DNA of 62,261 nucleotides, the filler included. It is 3 parts of 3 records of this genome, joined end to end, with 100 filler letters (N's around TTAATTAATTAA, not from the genome) between each part and the next. Parts side by side here need not be neighbours in the genome. Positions count along the whole stretch, not along the records: positions 39,555 to 62,261 come from DRR378314_1700; 2 more parts are not named here. One strand, written 5' to 3'. Both the position numbers and the translations under genes were made by a program. This document shows positions 40,965-51,910 of the stretch, piece after piece. Position 1 is the stretch's first letter. Each line of letters begins with the position of its first letter. Below the pieces are notes generated by a model, which worked only from the letters and a program-made list of their open reading frames with translations, ran no database searches and was not told the DNA's origin.

Positions 40965-41924
40965 ATGACAGAAAACCATATTAAAGAGCTGATGAAAAAA
41001 TACCTTAATGGTACCATTACCAAGGAGGAGGAAAAGCTCTTGGAAGAATTTGACCAAAAATTGCTTTTGAATAATAACAAAAGCATTTTCAAACATACAA
41101 CACATAAGGACAAAGTTTACCGAAGGCTCCTGAAAGGTATCCAAATGGAACCAAAGGCAAGCCCTTTTCGTCCTTGGTTCAAAATCGCGGCTTCCCTGGC
41201 ACTGCTATTGGGTCTTGGATATCTTACACTGCTATTATTTGATAATCCTGCGCCTGTGGAACAGCAGATGGTGTTGGTGACCAAATCTACGCAGTGGGGC
41301 CAAAAGTTGAACATTGTGCTATCTGATGGGACCGAGGTATATTTAAATTCAGGGAGTTCCATTACCTATCCCGACCATTTTGCAAGCGATATCCGTGAGG
41401 TGGAACTCATCGGAGAAGCATTTTTTGATGTAGCCAAGAATCCGGACAAACCGTTCCTCATACAATCAGGTGAAGTGGAAACTATGGTATTGGGCACTTC
41501 CTTTAATGTAAATACATATCCAGAAAGTGAACAGATTGCGGTGACAGTGGCCACCGGAAGGGTAAAAGTGGCTTCCAAGGAAAGCGAAGTGTTTTTGATG
41601 CCCCATGAGCAAGGTGTGTATCATCGAAAAACAAAATCAATATCCAAAGAGAAAATCGAATTGGCCACCTACCTGAACTGGAAGGAAGGTATCCTGCATT
41701 TTGAGGATGTAGCGCTTTCCAAAGTGATAGCGACCTTAGAGCGTTGGTACGGTGTACGCTTTGTTGTGGAGAACGATGACATTGGCGACTGCCATCTCAC
41801 CGCATCCTACGACAACGCTAGGCTGGACGCTATTTTGGAAAGCATTGTATATGCAAAAAAAGGGCTTCAATATGAAATTCTGGACAACAAAAGGGTCCGT
41901 TTAAAAGGAAAATGTACCGACTAG
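40965..41924 (+). CDS. FecR family anti-sigma factor no. 1
   Basis: TM KIAASLALLLGLG, LSDGTEVYLNSGS, GEAFFDV, VLGTSFNV, LERWYGV. Confidence 0.92.
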   Translation: MTENHIKELMKKYLNGTITKEEEKLLEEFDQKLLLNNNKSIFKHTTHKDKVYRRLLKGIQMEPKASPFRPWFKIAASLALLLGLGYLTLLLFDNPAPVEQQMVLVTKSTQWGQKLNIVLSDGTEVYLNSGSSITYPDHFASDIREVELIGEAFFDVAKNPDKPFLIQSGEVETMVLGTSFNVNTYPESEQIAVTVATGRVKVASKESEVFLMPHEQGVYHRKTKSISKEKIELATYLNWKEGILHFEDVALSKVIATLERWYGVRFVVENDDIGDCHLTASYDNARLDAILESIVYAKKGLQYEILDNKRVRLKGKCTD

Positions 41925-41977
41925 ACCAATGATAAACAAAAAATAGAAAATATGAAGTAAAACCACCCATAAAAAAA

Positions 41978-42016
41978 GACAGCCCATAACACTTTGGCGA
42001 GCGATAACAGGCTGTC
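41978..42016. promoter_or_regulatory. fecR-susC intergenic hairpin with TTGGCG loop
   Basis: GACAGCC/GGCTGTC outer stem, CT-TTGGCG-AG apex, preceded by an A run. Confidence 0.5.
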
Positions 42017-42068
42017 GACAGTTCAATAATTACAAATACTCATAACCATTTAAACATTCTGTGAAATT

Positions 42069-45000
42069 ATGAATTCACTAACTATTAAACAATTAATCAA
42101 GTTGACATTCCATTCATTTTGCTTTCTAATTGTTTTGGCACTTCTAAATCCGGTATTCGCCGCTGATGTTAGGGGACAGAACTTGGAAAGTTTTAAGGTA
42201 GATCTGTCCGTGGACGATGCCACCGTAGTAGATGTGCTTAGGCAAATTGAAAACCAAACGGATTTCAAGTTTGTATACGACCGTAAAGTGGATAGGTTGC
42301 CCAACACCTATAACATTACCTACCAAAATGTATCGCTACGATCGGTTTTGGAATTGATGGCCAAAGATGCGGACCTTACTTTTAGAAGGATCAACAATAC
42401 CATTTCCATCGACGTAAAGCCAAAAGCCCCCAGGCGCGTGGTCGAAGTTGTTTTTATTTCCGTTACTGGGCAGGTGACCGATGAGAACGGAGTGCCCTTG
42501 CCAGGGGCTTCCGTTAAGGAAAAGGGAAAGAACAATGGTACCATAACCGATTTTGATGGGAACTATTCCATTGAAGTGGAAGATACTGCCATACTGCAAT
42601 TTTCGTACTTGGGCTATAAACCCAAAGAAGTGGCTGTGAACGGAGAAAGTACCCTCAATGTACAACTCGTACAAGATGCTACCATGCTCGATGATGTAGT
42701 CGTTGTCGGTTACGGTACGCAGCGAAAGACAGATGTGACCGGTTCCATCGCCTCGGTGGAGAGCGAAGATTTTAACAAAGGGGTCGTAGTCAACCCAGGC
42801 CAGCTCTTACAGGGAAAGGTCGCCGGTGTAAACATTTCCAATGTTAGTGGAGAACCCGGTGCCCAGCAAGATGTTATCATCAGAGGGGTTGGAAGTCTTC
42901 GTTCCGGGACAACGCCTTTATACGTAATTGATGGTTTTGCCTTGGACAATACCAGTACAGGGGTTCCGACCAACCCTTTGAACTTCATCAACCCACAGGA
43001 TATCAAAAGTATCGATGTGCTCAAAGATGCATCCGCAGCTGCCATTTACGGTGCACGTGCGGCCAACGGAGTTATTGTGATCACCACTAAAAGAGGTAAG
43101 GCTGGAAGGACACAGATGGATGTGAACGTAGCCACAGGTTTTTCAAATTTGGCCAATCCAGTAGCTGTTTTCCCAGCAGACCGATTTAGACAGGAAGTGG
43201 TCGCAGCCGGAGGCAATCTCCAAGATGGGGGTGCCAATACCAATTGGCAGGATGCCTTGAGTAGAACGGCATTTACCAAGAATGTGGATTTTGCCATGAG
43301 TGGGGCAACTGAACAATCATCCTACCGTGCTTCTTTAGGGGTCAATGATCAAGAAGGTATTCTTCGGGGCAATGATCTTAAGCGGTATTCCGGTCGGTTT
43401 AATCTTACCCAAAAAGCGTTCAACGACCGCTTGAATATAGAGTTCAATATGACAGCGACAAGAACGGAAAACCTACGTGCCGATTCTGGAGCCATTGTAA
43501 GGGATATGTTGCAGTTAAACCCAACATTGCCTTTGTATACCAATGGGCAGCCAACCCCCTTGGAAAATAGGCTAAACCCACTCACCCGAGAGCAAATCTA
43601 TAGTGATGAGGCTTTGAATCATCGGATACTGGCGAATTTGGCACCTTCCATTGAAATCGTCAACGGTCTTACCTATAAACTGAACTTGGGGGTGGATTAT
43701 TCCACCACAGAAAGAGATGTGCAGTATAGGCCATTTTCCTTATTGGAAGACTTTACAAGAGGGGAACTCAATAGCATTTACACCACCAATAAGAACAGTC
43801 TTATTGAGAATACCTTGACGTATAACTTAATGGCCAACAGGCACAATTTTACCCTCTTGGCGGGTCATACCTACCAAGAAACCTTTGTGCACCAGAAAAG
43901 TTTTGAGCTGGAAGGTTTCTCTGATAATGGGATTGACCCAAAATACCAAGATCAAATCAGTTCCGAAGATACCCCGACCTACATGAATACCTATGCCGTT
44001 AAAAATGAGCTGCAATCGTTTTTTGGAAGGGCGAATTATGTGTTCGATAATAGGTACATGCTTACGGCTACCATGAGGGCCGACGGTTCTTCCAAATTTG
44101 GCGGGAACAATAAGTATGGATATTTCCCATCGGTGGCCGCTGGTTGGAATATCATGAACGAAACCTTTTTAAGTGAGAATACCACTATCAACAATCTGAA
44201 ATTGCGTGCAAGCTGGGGTAAAACGGGAAATCAGGAAATCCCTTCCAAAATTACCAAGCGAAGTTTTACGGATAGTAGGGACAATAACGATTCCTATCCC
44301 ATTAATGGAGATGAAACCACATTGGCCGATTATCCTTACGGAACCATATTTACCCGTTTGGCCAATCCGGATATCCAATGGGAGGTCTCTCAACAGACGA
44401 ACGTAGGTCTGGATTTTGGACTGTTCAACAATCGCTTGTCCGGTACCTTTGATTATTTCAAGAAGGTATCCGAAAACATTTTATTGGAGGTAACCCCTGC
44501 CGATCCTGTCCAACCTACCGATAAGTATTGGACCAATATCCCGGATATGGAAATCAGAAACAGCGGTATCGAATTTGCCTTGGACTATCGAAGTGATTAT
44601 ACAAAGGAGTTCTCCTATAATATCGGGGGTAATTTTGCCTACACCAAAAATGAAGTGGCTAACTCGCCCTACCAAGTACTTACCACCGGGGCTGCCCAAG
44701 GAGCTGGGCAAACAGGCGCTACCATAAACGGTAATATCAACGGCGAGCCGATAGGAGCTTTCTACATACCGGAATTTTTGGGGATCGGTGATGATGGTTT
44801 GAGCATACTGTCAGAGGACAGAAAGGTAGTAGGGAGTGCATTGCCAGATTTGATCTACGCCTTCTATCTCAACTTCAATTACAAGAATTTGGATCTAGGT
44901 TTAAATTTTAATGGAGTATCGGGCAATAAAGTGTACAACCACACGGCCATGTCCTTGTTCAATAAAGGATTGTTGAGCTCCAATTTTAACACCACGGCCA

Positions 45001-45323
45001 TCGCCACGGAATTCCCTAATGAGGACATTACCAACTCCAACGCGGTATCCACCAGATATTTGGAAGATGGTGACTTCCTACGCTTGAACAATGCCACCTT
45101 AGGGTACAACCTGAATCCGGCGATGATGGGGCTTGAAGGATTGGTCAATGCAATCCGTGTCTCCATTACAGGTCAAAACTTGTTTGTCATCACCGACTAC
45201 AGTGGTTTTGACCCAGAAATCAATTCCAATTTGACCATTGACGGTATCCAGACTTTTGGAATTGATTACTTCAATTACCCGAAAGCAAGAACAGTTGTAT
45301 TCGGATTAAACGTATCATTCTAA
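42069..45323 (+). CDS. SusC/RagA TonB-dependent transducer no. 1 (N-terminal signalling extension)
   Basis: STN-like domain, VVVVGYGTQ, DVLKDASAAAIYGARAANGVIVITTK, LKLRASWG, C-terminal Phe. Confidence 0.95.
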   Translation: MNSLTIKQLIKLTFHSFCFLIVLALLNPVFAADVRGQNLESFKVDLSVDDATVVDVLRQIENQTDFKFVYDRKVDRLPNTYNITYQNVSLRSVLELMAKDADLTFRRINNTISIDVKPKAPRRVVEVVFISVTGQVTDENGVPLPGASVKEKGKNNGTITDFDGNYSIEVEDTAILQFSYLGYKPKEVAVNGESTLNVQLVQDATMLDDVVVVGYGTQRKTDVTGSIASVESEDFNKGVVVNPGQLLQGKVAGVNISNVSGEPGAQQDVIIRGVGSLRSGTTPLYVIDGFALDNTSTGVPTNPLNFINPQDIKSIDVLKDASAAAIYGARAANGVIVITTKRGKAGRTQMDVNVATGFSNLANPVAVFPADRFRQEVVAAGGNLQDGGANTNWQDALSRTAFTKNVDFAMSGATEQSSYRASLGVNDQEGILRGNDLKRYSGRFNLTQKAFNDRLNIEFNMTATRTENLRADSGAIVRDMLQLNPTLPLYTNGQPTPLENRLNPLTREQIYSDEALNHRILANLAPSIEIVNGLTYKLNLGVDYSTTERDVQYRPFSLLEDFTRGELNSIYTTNKNSLIENTLTYNLMANRHNFTLLAGHTYQETFVHQKSFELEGFSDNGIDPKYQDQISSEDTPTYMNTYAVKNELQSFFGRANYVFDNRYMLTATMRADGSSKFGGNNKYGYFPSVAAGWNIMNETFLSENTTINNLKLRASWGKTGNQEIPSKITKRSFTDSRDNNDSYPINGDETTLADYPYGTIFTRLANPDIQWEVSQQTNVGLDFGLFNNRLSGTFDYFKKVSENILLEVTPADPVQPTDKYWTNIPDMEIRNSGIEFALDYRSDYTKEFSYNIGGNFAYTKNEVANSPYQVLTTGAAQGAGQTGATINGNINGEPIGAFYIPEFLGIGDDGLSILSEDRKVVGSALPDLIYAFYLNFNYKNLDLGLNFNGVSGNKVYNHTAMSLFNKGLLSSNFNTTAIATEFPNEDITNSNAVSTRYLEDGDFLRLNNATLGYNLNPAMMGLEGLVNAIRVSITGQNLFVITDYSGFDPEINSNLTIDGIQTFGIDYFNYPKARTVVFGLNVSF

Positions 45324-45341
45324 TAAAAAAATTAAAAAAAA

Positions 45342-47087
45342 ATGAAACATAAAATAATAATCGCACTGTTTGGAATTGGCTTATTGTCCAACATAAGCTG
45401 TACCGATTTGGAAGAAGAAGTCATTGATGAATCCCTGGAAGGCAGTGGGCAGGCCGAGGCCATTAGTGGGGCCATTGCACCAGCCTATGGGCAGATTGCA
45501 TGGACTTGGAGACATACCAACTATTATGGATTGCAACTTATTCCATCCGACGAGGCGATATTGCCCTATAGAGGAGGGGTGGACTGGTTTGATAATGGGA
45601 AGTTTTTGGCGGCCCATTCGCACAATATTGCTTCTAGTAATGATTTGGTACGAAGCTCATGGAACGAAGTGACCCGCAATATTTCCCGTACCCTAACGGC
45701 CATAGAAGTTTTGAAGCCCCTTGCCGATGCAGGTGATGCCCAAGCAGAGGGAGCTTTGTACGAAATGATTGCCCTACGGGCTTATTTGAACATGTTGACC
45801 TTGGACAGTTGGGGGTTGGTGTTCAGAAAAGAGGCTTCTGGGGAGCTTTCTGAAATTTTAAGAGGGCAGGAAGCCATTGATTACATCGAAAGTGAATTGC
45901 TATCCGTGGTGGATGTCATCAATACCAACAGGGGACCGGGCCGAATGACACAAGCTGCAGTTTGGGGCTTCTTGGCCAGATTGAACCTCAATGCCGCAGT
46001 GTATCGTGATCCCTACGGAACTCCGGATTTTACTTCCGAGGACATGAACAAGGTGATTGAATATACCGATAATATCATCAATTCAGGTCAGTTTGCGCTG
46101 TCTCCGGAATACTTTGAACTCTTCAATGATGAAAACAATGGTAATCCTGAGCTCATTTTTGCTCTGGACCAACGTGGTGTCATGAATAGGGAGCATAGCC
46201 GATGGGCCTATTGGTCGTTGGCAGGGTCATGGTTTCCAAGACCGGAACATCCCAGTGCCGACGGAACCGACGGTCCGGCCATCACACCGGATTTCTATCA
46301 GACTTGGGTAGATGCCTACGGCGATGTCGACCCTGCAGTGGCGGATGCCAGATTCTATCAGGAAAACCAAATGATCCCTGAAGGGCTTCAGGACTTGACA
46401 GGTGTCACCCCCGAGAACGATGAAGACCATTATTACTGTATGTCGGCAGCCGATTATGAGATCAATCGCGGTATTATCCGTGGTGTGATCTGGGGACCCC
46501 GTAAAGATGAAAACGGAGCCTTTTATACCTGTGACGAAGGGTTCCGTATCTATCCTGTCATTCAAACCAAGGGCAATGGTCCCGATAAGGATGTGGACTA
46601 TGTGAACCATACGTTGGAAGTGGATTTCACCAACGAAGGCAGGTTGCATAAAAATGGATATCGTGTATCCAAGTACCAGTTTAGCCGCACATCCCCCAAT
46701 GGCAACAATTTTAGCAGTGTGGACTTGGTCTTGATGCGCTTGGCAGAGATTTATTTGATGCGCGCTGAGGCCAAGCTTCGATCGGGTGACAATGCCGGTG
46801 CATTGCTTGATGTAAATACCGTGAGGACCTCAAGGACCGCACGTCCTGCCCAAACCCCACAACCATTGTCATCCATTGACTTGGATATCCTGTTCAGGGA
46901 ACGTGGATTTGAACTGTATTGGGAAGGTTTCCGAAGAGGAGACCAAATCAGGTTCGGCCGATATGAGGACACTTGGACAGAAAAAACGGATGATAATGTA
47001 TTTCACAGATTGTTTCCAATTCCGCAGGATGCCATAGATGGCGCATCCAATGTTGCTGGATATTTGGAACAGAACGAAGGGTATTGA
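45342..47087 (+). CDS. SusD/RagB surface lipoprotein no. 1
   Basis: Lipobox NISC, MRLAEIYLMRAEA, ERGFELYWEGFRRGDQIRFG, FPIP, QNEGY. Confidence 0.95.
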   Translation: MKHKIIIALFGIGLLSNISCTDLEEEVIDESLEGSGQAEAISGAIAPAYGQIAWTWRHTNYYGLQLIPSDEAILPYRGGVDWFDNGKFLAAHSHNIASSNDLVRSSWNEVTRNISRTLTAIEVLKPLADAGDAQAEGALYEMIALRAYLNMLTLDSWGLVFRKEASGELSEILRGQEAIDYIESELLSVVDVINTNRGPGRMTQAAVWGFLARLNLNAAVYRDPYGTPDFTSEDMNKVIEYTDNIINSGQFALSPEYFELFNDENNGNPELIFALDQRGVMNREHSRWAYWSLAGSWFPRPEHPSADGTDGPAITPDFYQTWVDAYGDVDPAVADARFYQENQMIPEGLQDLTGVTPENDEDHYYCMSAADYEINRGIIRGVIWGPRKDENGAFYTCDEGFRIYPVIQTKGNGPDKDVDYVNHTLEVDFTNEGRLHKNGYRVSKYQFSRTSPNGNNFSSVDLVLMRLAEIYLMRAEAKLRSGDNAGALLDVNTVRTSRTARPAQTPQPLSSIDLDILFRERGFELYWEGFRRGDQIRFGRYEDTWTEKTDDNVFHRLFPIPQDAIDGASNVAGYLEQNEGY

Positions 47088-47105
47088 ATCAGGTGTATTT
47101 TTAGC

Positions 47106-47138
47106 TAGGCGGCAAGATGGTGATCCACTTGCCGCTTA
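47106..47138 (+). terminator. Intercistronic stem-loop after susD1
   Basis: GCGGCAAG...CTTGCCGC stem, no U-tract (stabiliser or partial terminator). Confidence 0.5.
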
Positions 47139-47166
47139 CATATTATAAAAAACAAAAACAACATAT

Positions 47167-48300
47167 ATGAAAATTGAATTACGGACATTTCTGATTGCTG
47201 TCTTCACCGTATTTTTTTATGGTTGCGATACCGTCTCCAACAAAGACGAAAGCTCTGGCAAACCCCTTCAAGAAGAACCTTTGAGCATTATTTTTATGAT
47301 AGGGGATGGTATGGGCGTTCCACAAGTTTCGTCGGCCTATTATTTTGGGGACAGTTTGCCTAATTTTTCAAGGTTCAAGCATATCGGTCTGCATCGGACT
47401 TCCGACAAGGTGTATACGATTACGGATTCCGCAGCTGGCGCGACTGCCTTTTCCATTGGGGAGAAAACCTATAAAAGGGCCATCGGTGTTTCAGGGGACT
47501 CCCTTCCCAAAGAAACCATTTTGGAACGCTTGCAAAAGGAGGGATATCAAACAGGGTTGGTCAGTCTTACATCCATTACCCATGCCACACCTGCAAGCTT
47601 TTATGCCCATGTGCCGGATCGTGATATGCAGGAGGATATCGCCGCACAACTAATCGATTCAAAAGTGGATTTCTTCGCGGGTGGTGGTAGAAAGTTCTTT
47701 AGTCAGCGTCAAGATGGAAGAAACCTTTTTGAGGAATTGGTCGTGCAAGGGTATCATCTGGATACCTTGGAACTTTCAGAAGTAGAAATGGGTAAAAAGA
47801 ATGCTTATGTCTTGGCCGATGATGGGATTCCCTCAAAAATTGAGGGCCGTGGTGATTATTTGCTGGAAGCCACAGCCAAAGCCTTGTCGTATTTTGATGA
47901 AACGGAAGCACCCTTTTTTATGATGGTAGAGGGCTCCTATATTGATTGGGGCGGCCATGCCAAAAATGCAGATATGATGGTTTCCGAGGTCTTGGATTTT
48001 GATAAGACCTTGGGGCTTGCATTGGATTATGTGGATACACATCCCAACACGCTATTGGTGGTAACCGCAGACCATGAAACAGGTGGCGTGAGCATTGGGA
48101 AACACTACGAGATGGATGAAAGTACAGGTTCGAAACGGGAAGTTCCCGAAAAAGTCACTGTTTATTTCAATACCGATCAACATAGCGGGGAGCTTATTCC
48201 TGTTTTCGCCGCGGGAAAGGGGGCGGAGTACTTTCAAGGTATTTACGAGAATAACCAGATCTACCATAAAATGATACAAGCCATAAATCAAGCCAAATGA
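47167..48300 (+). CDS. PhoA-type alkaline phosphatase, lipoprotein
   Basis: FYGC lipobox, IGDGMG, TDSAAGATA catalytic Ser, THATPA, EGSYIDWGGH, TADHETGG. Confidence 0.93.
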   Translation: MKIELRTFLIAVFTVFFYGCDTVSNKDESSGKPLQEEPLSIIFMIGDGMGVPQVSSAYYFGDSLPNFSRFKHIGLHRTSDKVYTITDSAAGATAFSIGEKTYKRAIGVSGDSLPKETILERLQKEGYQTGLVSLTSITHATPASFYAHVPDRDMQEDIAAQLIDSKVDFFAGGGRKFFSQRQDGRNLFEELVVQGYHLDTLELSEVEMGKKNAYVLADDGIPSKIEGRGDYLLEATAKALSYFDETEAPFFMMVEGSYIDWGGHAKNADMMVSEVLDFDKTLGLALDYVDTHPNTLLVVTADHETGGVSIGKHYEMDESTGSKREVPEKVTVYFNTDQHSGELIPVFAAGKGAEYFQGIYENNQIYHKMIQAINQAK

Positions 48301-50084
48301 GAAAAAGAACAGTCATTTTACTGGTCGGGGCATTGATCCTGTTCATTACCAGTAAAACCCTTGCACAAACTGATTATCAGGTGCATTCCCATAACGATTA
48401 TCTTCAAGAACTGCCATTCTGGTATGCCTACAGTAATGGGGCCAGCTCGATTGAGGCAGATATATTCTTGAAAAACGATTCCCTGTTCGTTGCCCATTCG
48501 GAGGATGAAATCGTACCGGGTAGAACCTTGGAAAAATTGTACCTGGACCGTCTTGGCAGTTTGGGGCAATCCGGGGAACTAAGGACACTGCAACTCTTGA
48601 TCGACCTAAAATCAGAGGCATATGCCACACTTGAACGATTGGAAGCGGTATTGCGAAAATACCCCAATCTTATCGATAACAGTGGTGTCAAATTTGTAAT
48701 TTCGGGCAACCGACCTTTGGCAAAAGATTACAGGAACTATCCCGAATTTATATGGTTTGACCATCAGAACTTGAAAGAACTGAACAAGATAGAGCTTACC
48801 AAGGTAGCTTTGATAAGTTCAAGTTTCAAATCATATACGGTTTGGAATGGGTACGGTAGAATGACTGCACCCGACCTGGAAAAGGTAACAAGGGCCATCC
48901 AAATGGCCAAAGCCGCCGGTAAACCATTTCGGTTTTGGGCCACGCCAGACACCAAAACGGCCTGGGCCCGATTGGCCGAGTTGGGCGTTGACTTCATCAA
49001 TACGGACCAACCTGCTTTGGCCAAACAATATCTAGATCAACTGAATCAAAGCACTTTCACCTTGGAAGCTCCTAAAGCGGTTTATGAACCGACATACGGG
49101 CATGATGCGGATAAAGTCCCCACCAATATTATACTGATGGTCGGTGATGGAAACGGACTGGCCCAGATCAGCTCCGCCATGATAGCCAATCGAGGACGTC
49201 TTACCCTTACCGGTCTGAAAGATATCGGGTTGGTCAAGACGGCATCTGCGGATGATCTGATTACCGACTCGGCGGCCGGGGCCACAGCAATGGGCACAGG
49301 GTTTAAGACTAATAATCGTGCGATTGGTACGGCACCCCATGGCAAAGCGCTGCCCAATTTGGTGGAGGTATTGGATGGCAAGGGCTTCCATACTGCGATG
49401 GTCACAACGGATGCTATTTACGGTGCTACACCTTCGGCATTTTATGCCCACAGGGTCGAACGAGACAATACCGAGGGTATTGTCCAAGATCTGTTATCAA
49501 GTCCTCTCGACCTATTCATTGCAGGAGGCAAGAACCAGGAAGAGACCATAAGCAGTGCGTTCGTGACCAAAACGCTGAATGATTTGGGGAACTTGGAAAA
49601 TCCAACCGCAGTGTCTTTGGGAGCGAACAAGGTTCCATCCATGCTCGATGGGAGGGAAGAGCTTTTTCCCACTGCTGTAAGACAGGCATTGAATGCGCTG
49701 GATGCCAAGGATGCTCCATTCTTTTTGATGGTCGAGGGTGCCCAGATCGATAATGGGGGGCACTCCAACAGCACTAAGGCCATTATAAATGAAATGTTGG
49801 ATTTCGACCAAGCGATAGCGGAGGCTTTGAAGTTTGCAGATAGGCATGGAAATACCTTGGTGATTATTACCGCCGACCATGAGACCTCGGGCTTTGGCAT
49901 TATGGGAGGAAATCTTGAGGAAGGAAGGGTGCAAGGAGGCTTTCTGACTGTAGACCATACGGGAATTATGGTACCCCTCTTTGCCTATGGACCAAGGGCA
50001 GGAATGTTCAATGGTGTTTATGAAAATACCGAGCTGTTTTACCATATCCTTGAGGCTTTGAACAGTATGCATTCTCCGAAATAG
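48297..50084 (+). CDS. Fusion: PLC/GDPD-like phosphodiesterase domain plus PhoA-type alkaline phosphatase
   Basis: N-terminal HSHNDY...SIEADI...VAH...LLIDLK...RFWATPD...INTD; C-terminal VGDGNG, TDSAAGATA, EGAQIDNGGH, TADHET. Confidence 0.88.
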   Translation: MRKRTVILLVGALILFITSKTLAQTDYQVHSHNDYLQELPFWYAYSNGASSIEADIFLKNDSLFVAHSEDEIVPGRTLEKLYLDRLGSLGQSGELRTLQLLIDLKSEAYATLERLEAVLRKYPNLIDNSGVKFVISGNRPLAKDYRNYPEFIWFDHQNLKELNKIELTKVALISSSFKSYTVWNGYGRMTAPDLEKVTRAIQMAKAAGKPFRFWATPDTKTAWARLAELGVDFINTDQPALAKQYLDQLNQSTFTLEAPKAVYEPTYGHDADKVPTNIILMVGDGNGLAQISSAMIANRGRLTLTGLKDIGLVKTASADDLITDSAAGATAMGTGFKTNNRAIGTAPHGKALPNLVEVLDGKGFHTAMVTTDAIYGATPSAFYAHRVERDNTEGIVQDLLSSPLDLFIAGGKNQEETISSAFVTKTLNDLGNLENPTAVSLGANKVPSMLDGREELFPTAVRQALNALDAKDAPFFLMVEGAQIDNGGHSNSTKAIINEMLDFDQAIAEALKFADRHGNTLVIITADHETSGFGIMGGNLEEGRVQGGFLTVDHTGIMVPLFAYGPRAGMFNGVYENTELFYHILEALNSMHSPK

Positions 50085-50268
50085 GTTTTGGTTTAGCTTA
50101 TTTTACAAAAAAACGTGTGTAAAAATTGGGCGATAAGTATAATTATGGAAGGTACTGAATATGTCAGAAAAAGTATTCGACCTAGATATCAATCTGCACC
50201 AAGTTTAATACGCTCCTCATTGATGAACTAATTTGTAGCATTAAATAAAACCAATAATGGGTGATGCA

Positions 50269-50296
50269 TTACGTGTATACCCATACTTTTTTGACT
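50269..50296 (+). promoter_or_regulatory. Putative ECF promoter TTACGT-N18-GACT
   Basis: Same boxes and spacing as 51862-51889; ends 28 nt before the start codon. Confidence 0.55.
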
Positions 50297-50324
50297 CCTA
50301 TGTATAAAACTTAAATAGCAAATC

Positions 50325-51767
50325 ATGGAAAACCGAAGATCATTTATCAAAAGAATGGGATTCACAGCTGGTGCGGTTTCATTATTGGGGCTGTCTCCAA
50401 CCTTAGTTTGGGGTCAAATTATAGAAAGAAATAATCCCATACTTATTAAAGGTAGGGTAGTCAATAATTCCAATGGCATAGGAAACGTGGTTATATCCGA
50501 TGGCCATAACACCTGTTGCACGAAAAAAGATGGTTATTTTGAATTTTGGAGTAACACATATCAACCCTTCGTTTTTTTGAGTATGCCTTCAGGTTATAGG
50601 ATAGAGCAACTGGATAATGGTTCAGCTGATTATTTCGTTCCAATTGATCCTACCGTCAACGAAATGAAGGTTTTGTTCCAACTTAGGGCTCTGGAAGTCA
50701 GTGATGATAAACACAGTCTTTTATTATTGGCAGACCCACAGATTCAAAATGAATATGAAGCTGCACAACTATTGGGAGTATCCACACCTGACATAATAAA
50801 AACCATTGAGAATCTCAATGACCCCAATACCCTTGGAGTCGGATGTGGAGATTTGGTCTTTGATAGACTAGATCTCTTCAAGCAGTACAATAAAGCCGTA
50901 TTGCAAATGGAAATTCCCTTTTTTCAAGTAATAGGAAATCATGATATGGATCTTGGGACTAGAAGCGATGCGCTCTCCACGAGGACCTTCAACAGGCTAT
51001 TTGGACCTACTTATTATTCCTTTAATCGAGGCGAGATTCATTATGTAGTATTGGATGATGTGTTTTTTACCGGTAAGGATAAAGAATACATTGGTTATAT
51101 TACCGAGAATCAGTTGGCATGGTTGGAACAGGACCTTAGTCATATCGAACATGGAAGAACTGTCGTGGTATGCACGCATATTCCTGTAGCTTCCGGAGTA
51201 AAGAACAAAGAATATTTATATGAACTCTTGGCACCATATAAAGTCCATATTCTATCAGGACACACTCACCAAAACACCAATTACATGGAGAATAATCGAT
51301 TTGAGCACGTTCACGCCGCTGTTTGTGGTGCTTGGTGGAGTGGTCCCATATGTAGTGATGGAACACCGAACGGCTATGGAGTGTATCAAATGAGTGGAAG
51401 TGGGGTCAGTTGGCAATACAAGTCCATTGGTCATGAAATGGAACATCAATTCAGGTTTTATCCAAAAGGGGCGCATCAGGAGTTTCCAAATTCTTGCTTG
51501 CTCAATATTTGGAATTGGGATCCAGACTGGAGCATCTGTTGGTACGAAAATGGGAATCGCATGTCGCATGTCAGAAAGGTTCGAACCAGTGACCCTTTGA
51601 GCACGGAATTACATTTAGGTAAAGACTTGCCGGAAAGGAGGCCTTGGGTAGAGCCCTCGAACAATGACCATATGTTCTTTTTTGAACCAAATGAAGACGT
51701 TGGGGAAATTACAATAGAAGTAACCGATGGCTTTGGAAAGAGTTATATCAAAACAGTCTACCCATAG
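50325..51767 (+). CDS. Tat-exported calcineurin-like metallophosphoesterase
   Basis: RRSFIK twin-arginine signal, ADPQ, GDLVFD, GNHD, HIP, SGHTH, CGAWW...DGTPNGY. Confidence 0.92.
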   Translation: MENRRSFIKRMGFTAGAVSLLGLSPTLVWGQIIERNNPILIKGRVVNNSNGIGNVVISDGHNTCCTKKDGYFEFWSNTYQPFVFLSMPSGYRIEQLDNGSADYFVPIDPTVNEMKVLFQLRALEVSDDKHSLLLLADPQIQNEYEAAQLLGVSTPDIIKTIENLNDPNTLGVGCGDLVFDRLDLFKQYNKAVLQMEIPFFQVIGNHDMDLGTRSDALSTRTFNRLFGPTYYSFNRGEIHYVVLDDVFFTGKDKEYIGYITENQLAWLEQDLSHIEHGRTVVVCTHIPVASGVKNKEYLYELLAPYKVHILSGHTHQNTNYMENNRFEHVHAAVCGAWWSGPICSDGTPNGYGVYQMSGSGVSWQYKSIGHEMEHQFRFYPKGAHQEFPNSCLLNIWNWDPDWSICWYENGNRMSHVRKVRTSDPLSTELHLGKDLPERRPWVEPSNNDHMFFFEPNEDVGEITIEVTDGFGKSYIKTVYP

Positions 51768-51861
51768 GAGGTTTGTATCCCATCCTGTTGTTAGCTCATG
51801 GTTAACCCGATGCTGACTATATGAAGGAATCGTTAACAATGATTGAAAATGGCCTTGCTCT

Positions 51862-51889
51862 TTACGTAGTAAGGCCTTTTTTTTTGACT
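51862..51889 (+). promoter_or_regulatory. Putative ECF promoter TTACGT-N18-GACT
   Basis: Matches 50269-50296; ends 21 nt before the fecR2 start. Confidence 0.55.
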
Positions 51890-51910
51890 TCTGATTAAAC
51901 ACCTAGAGCA

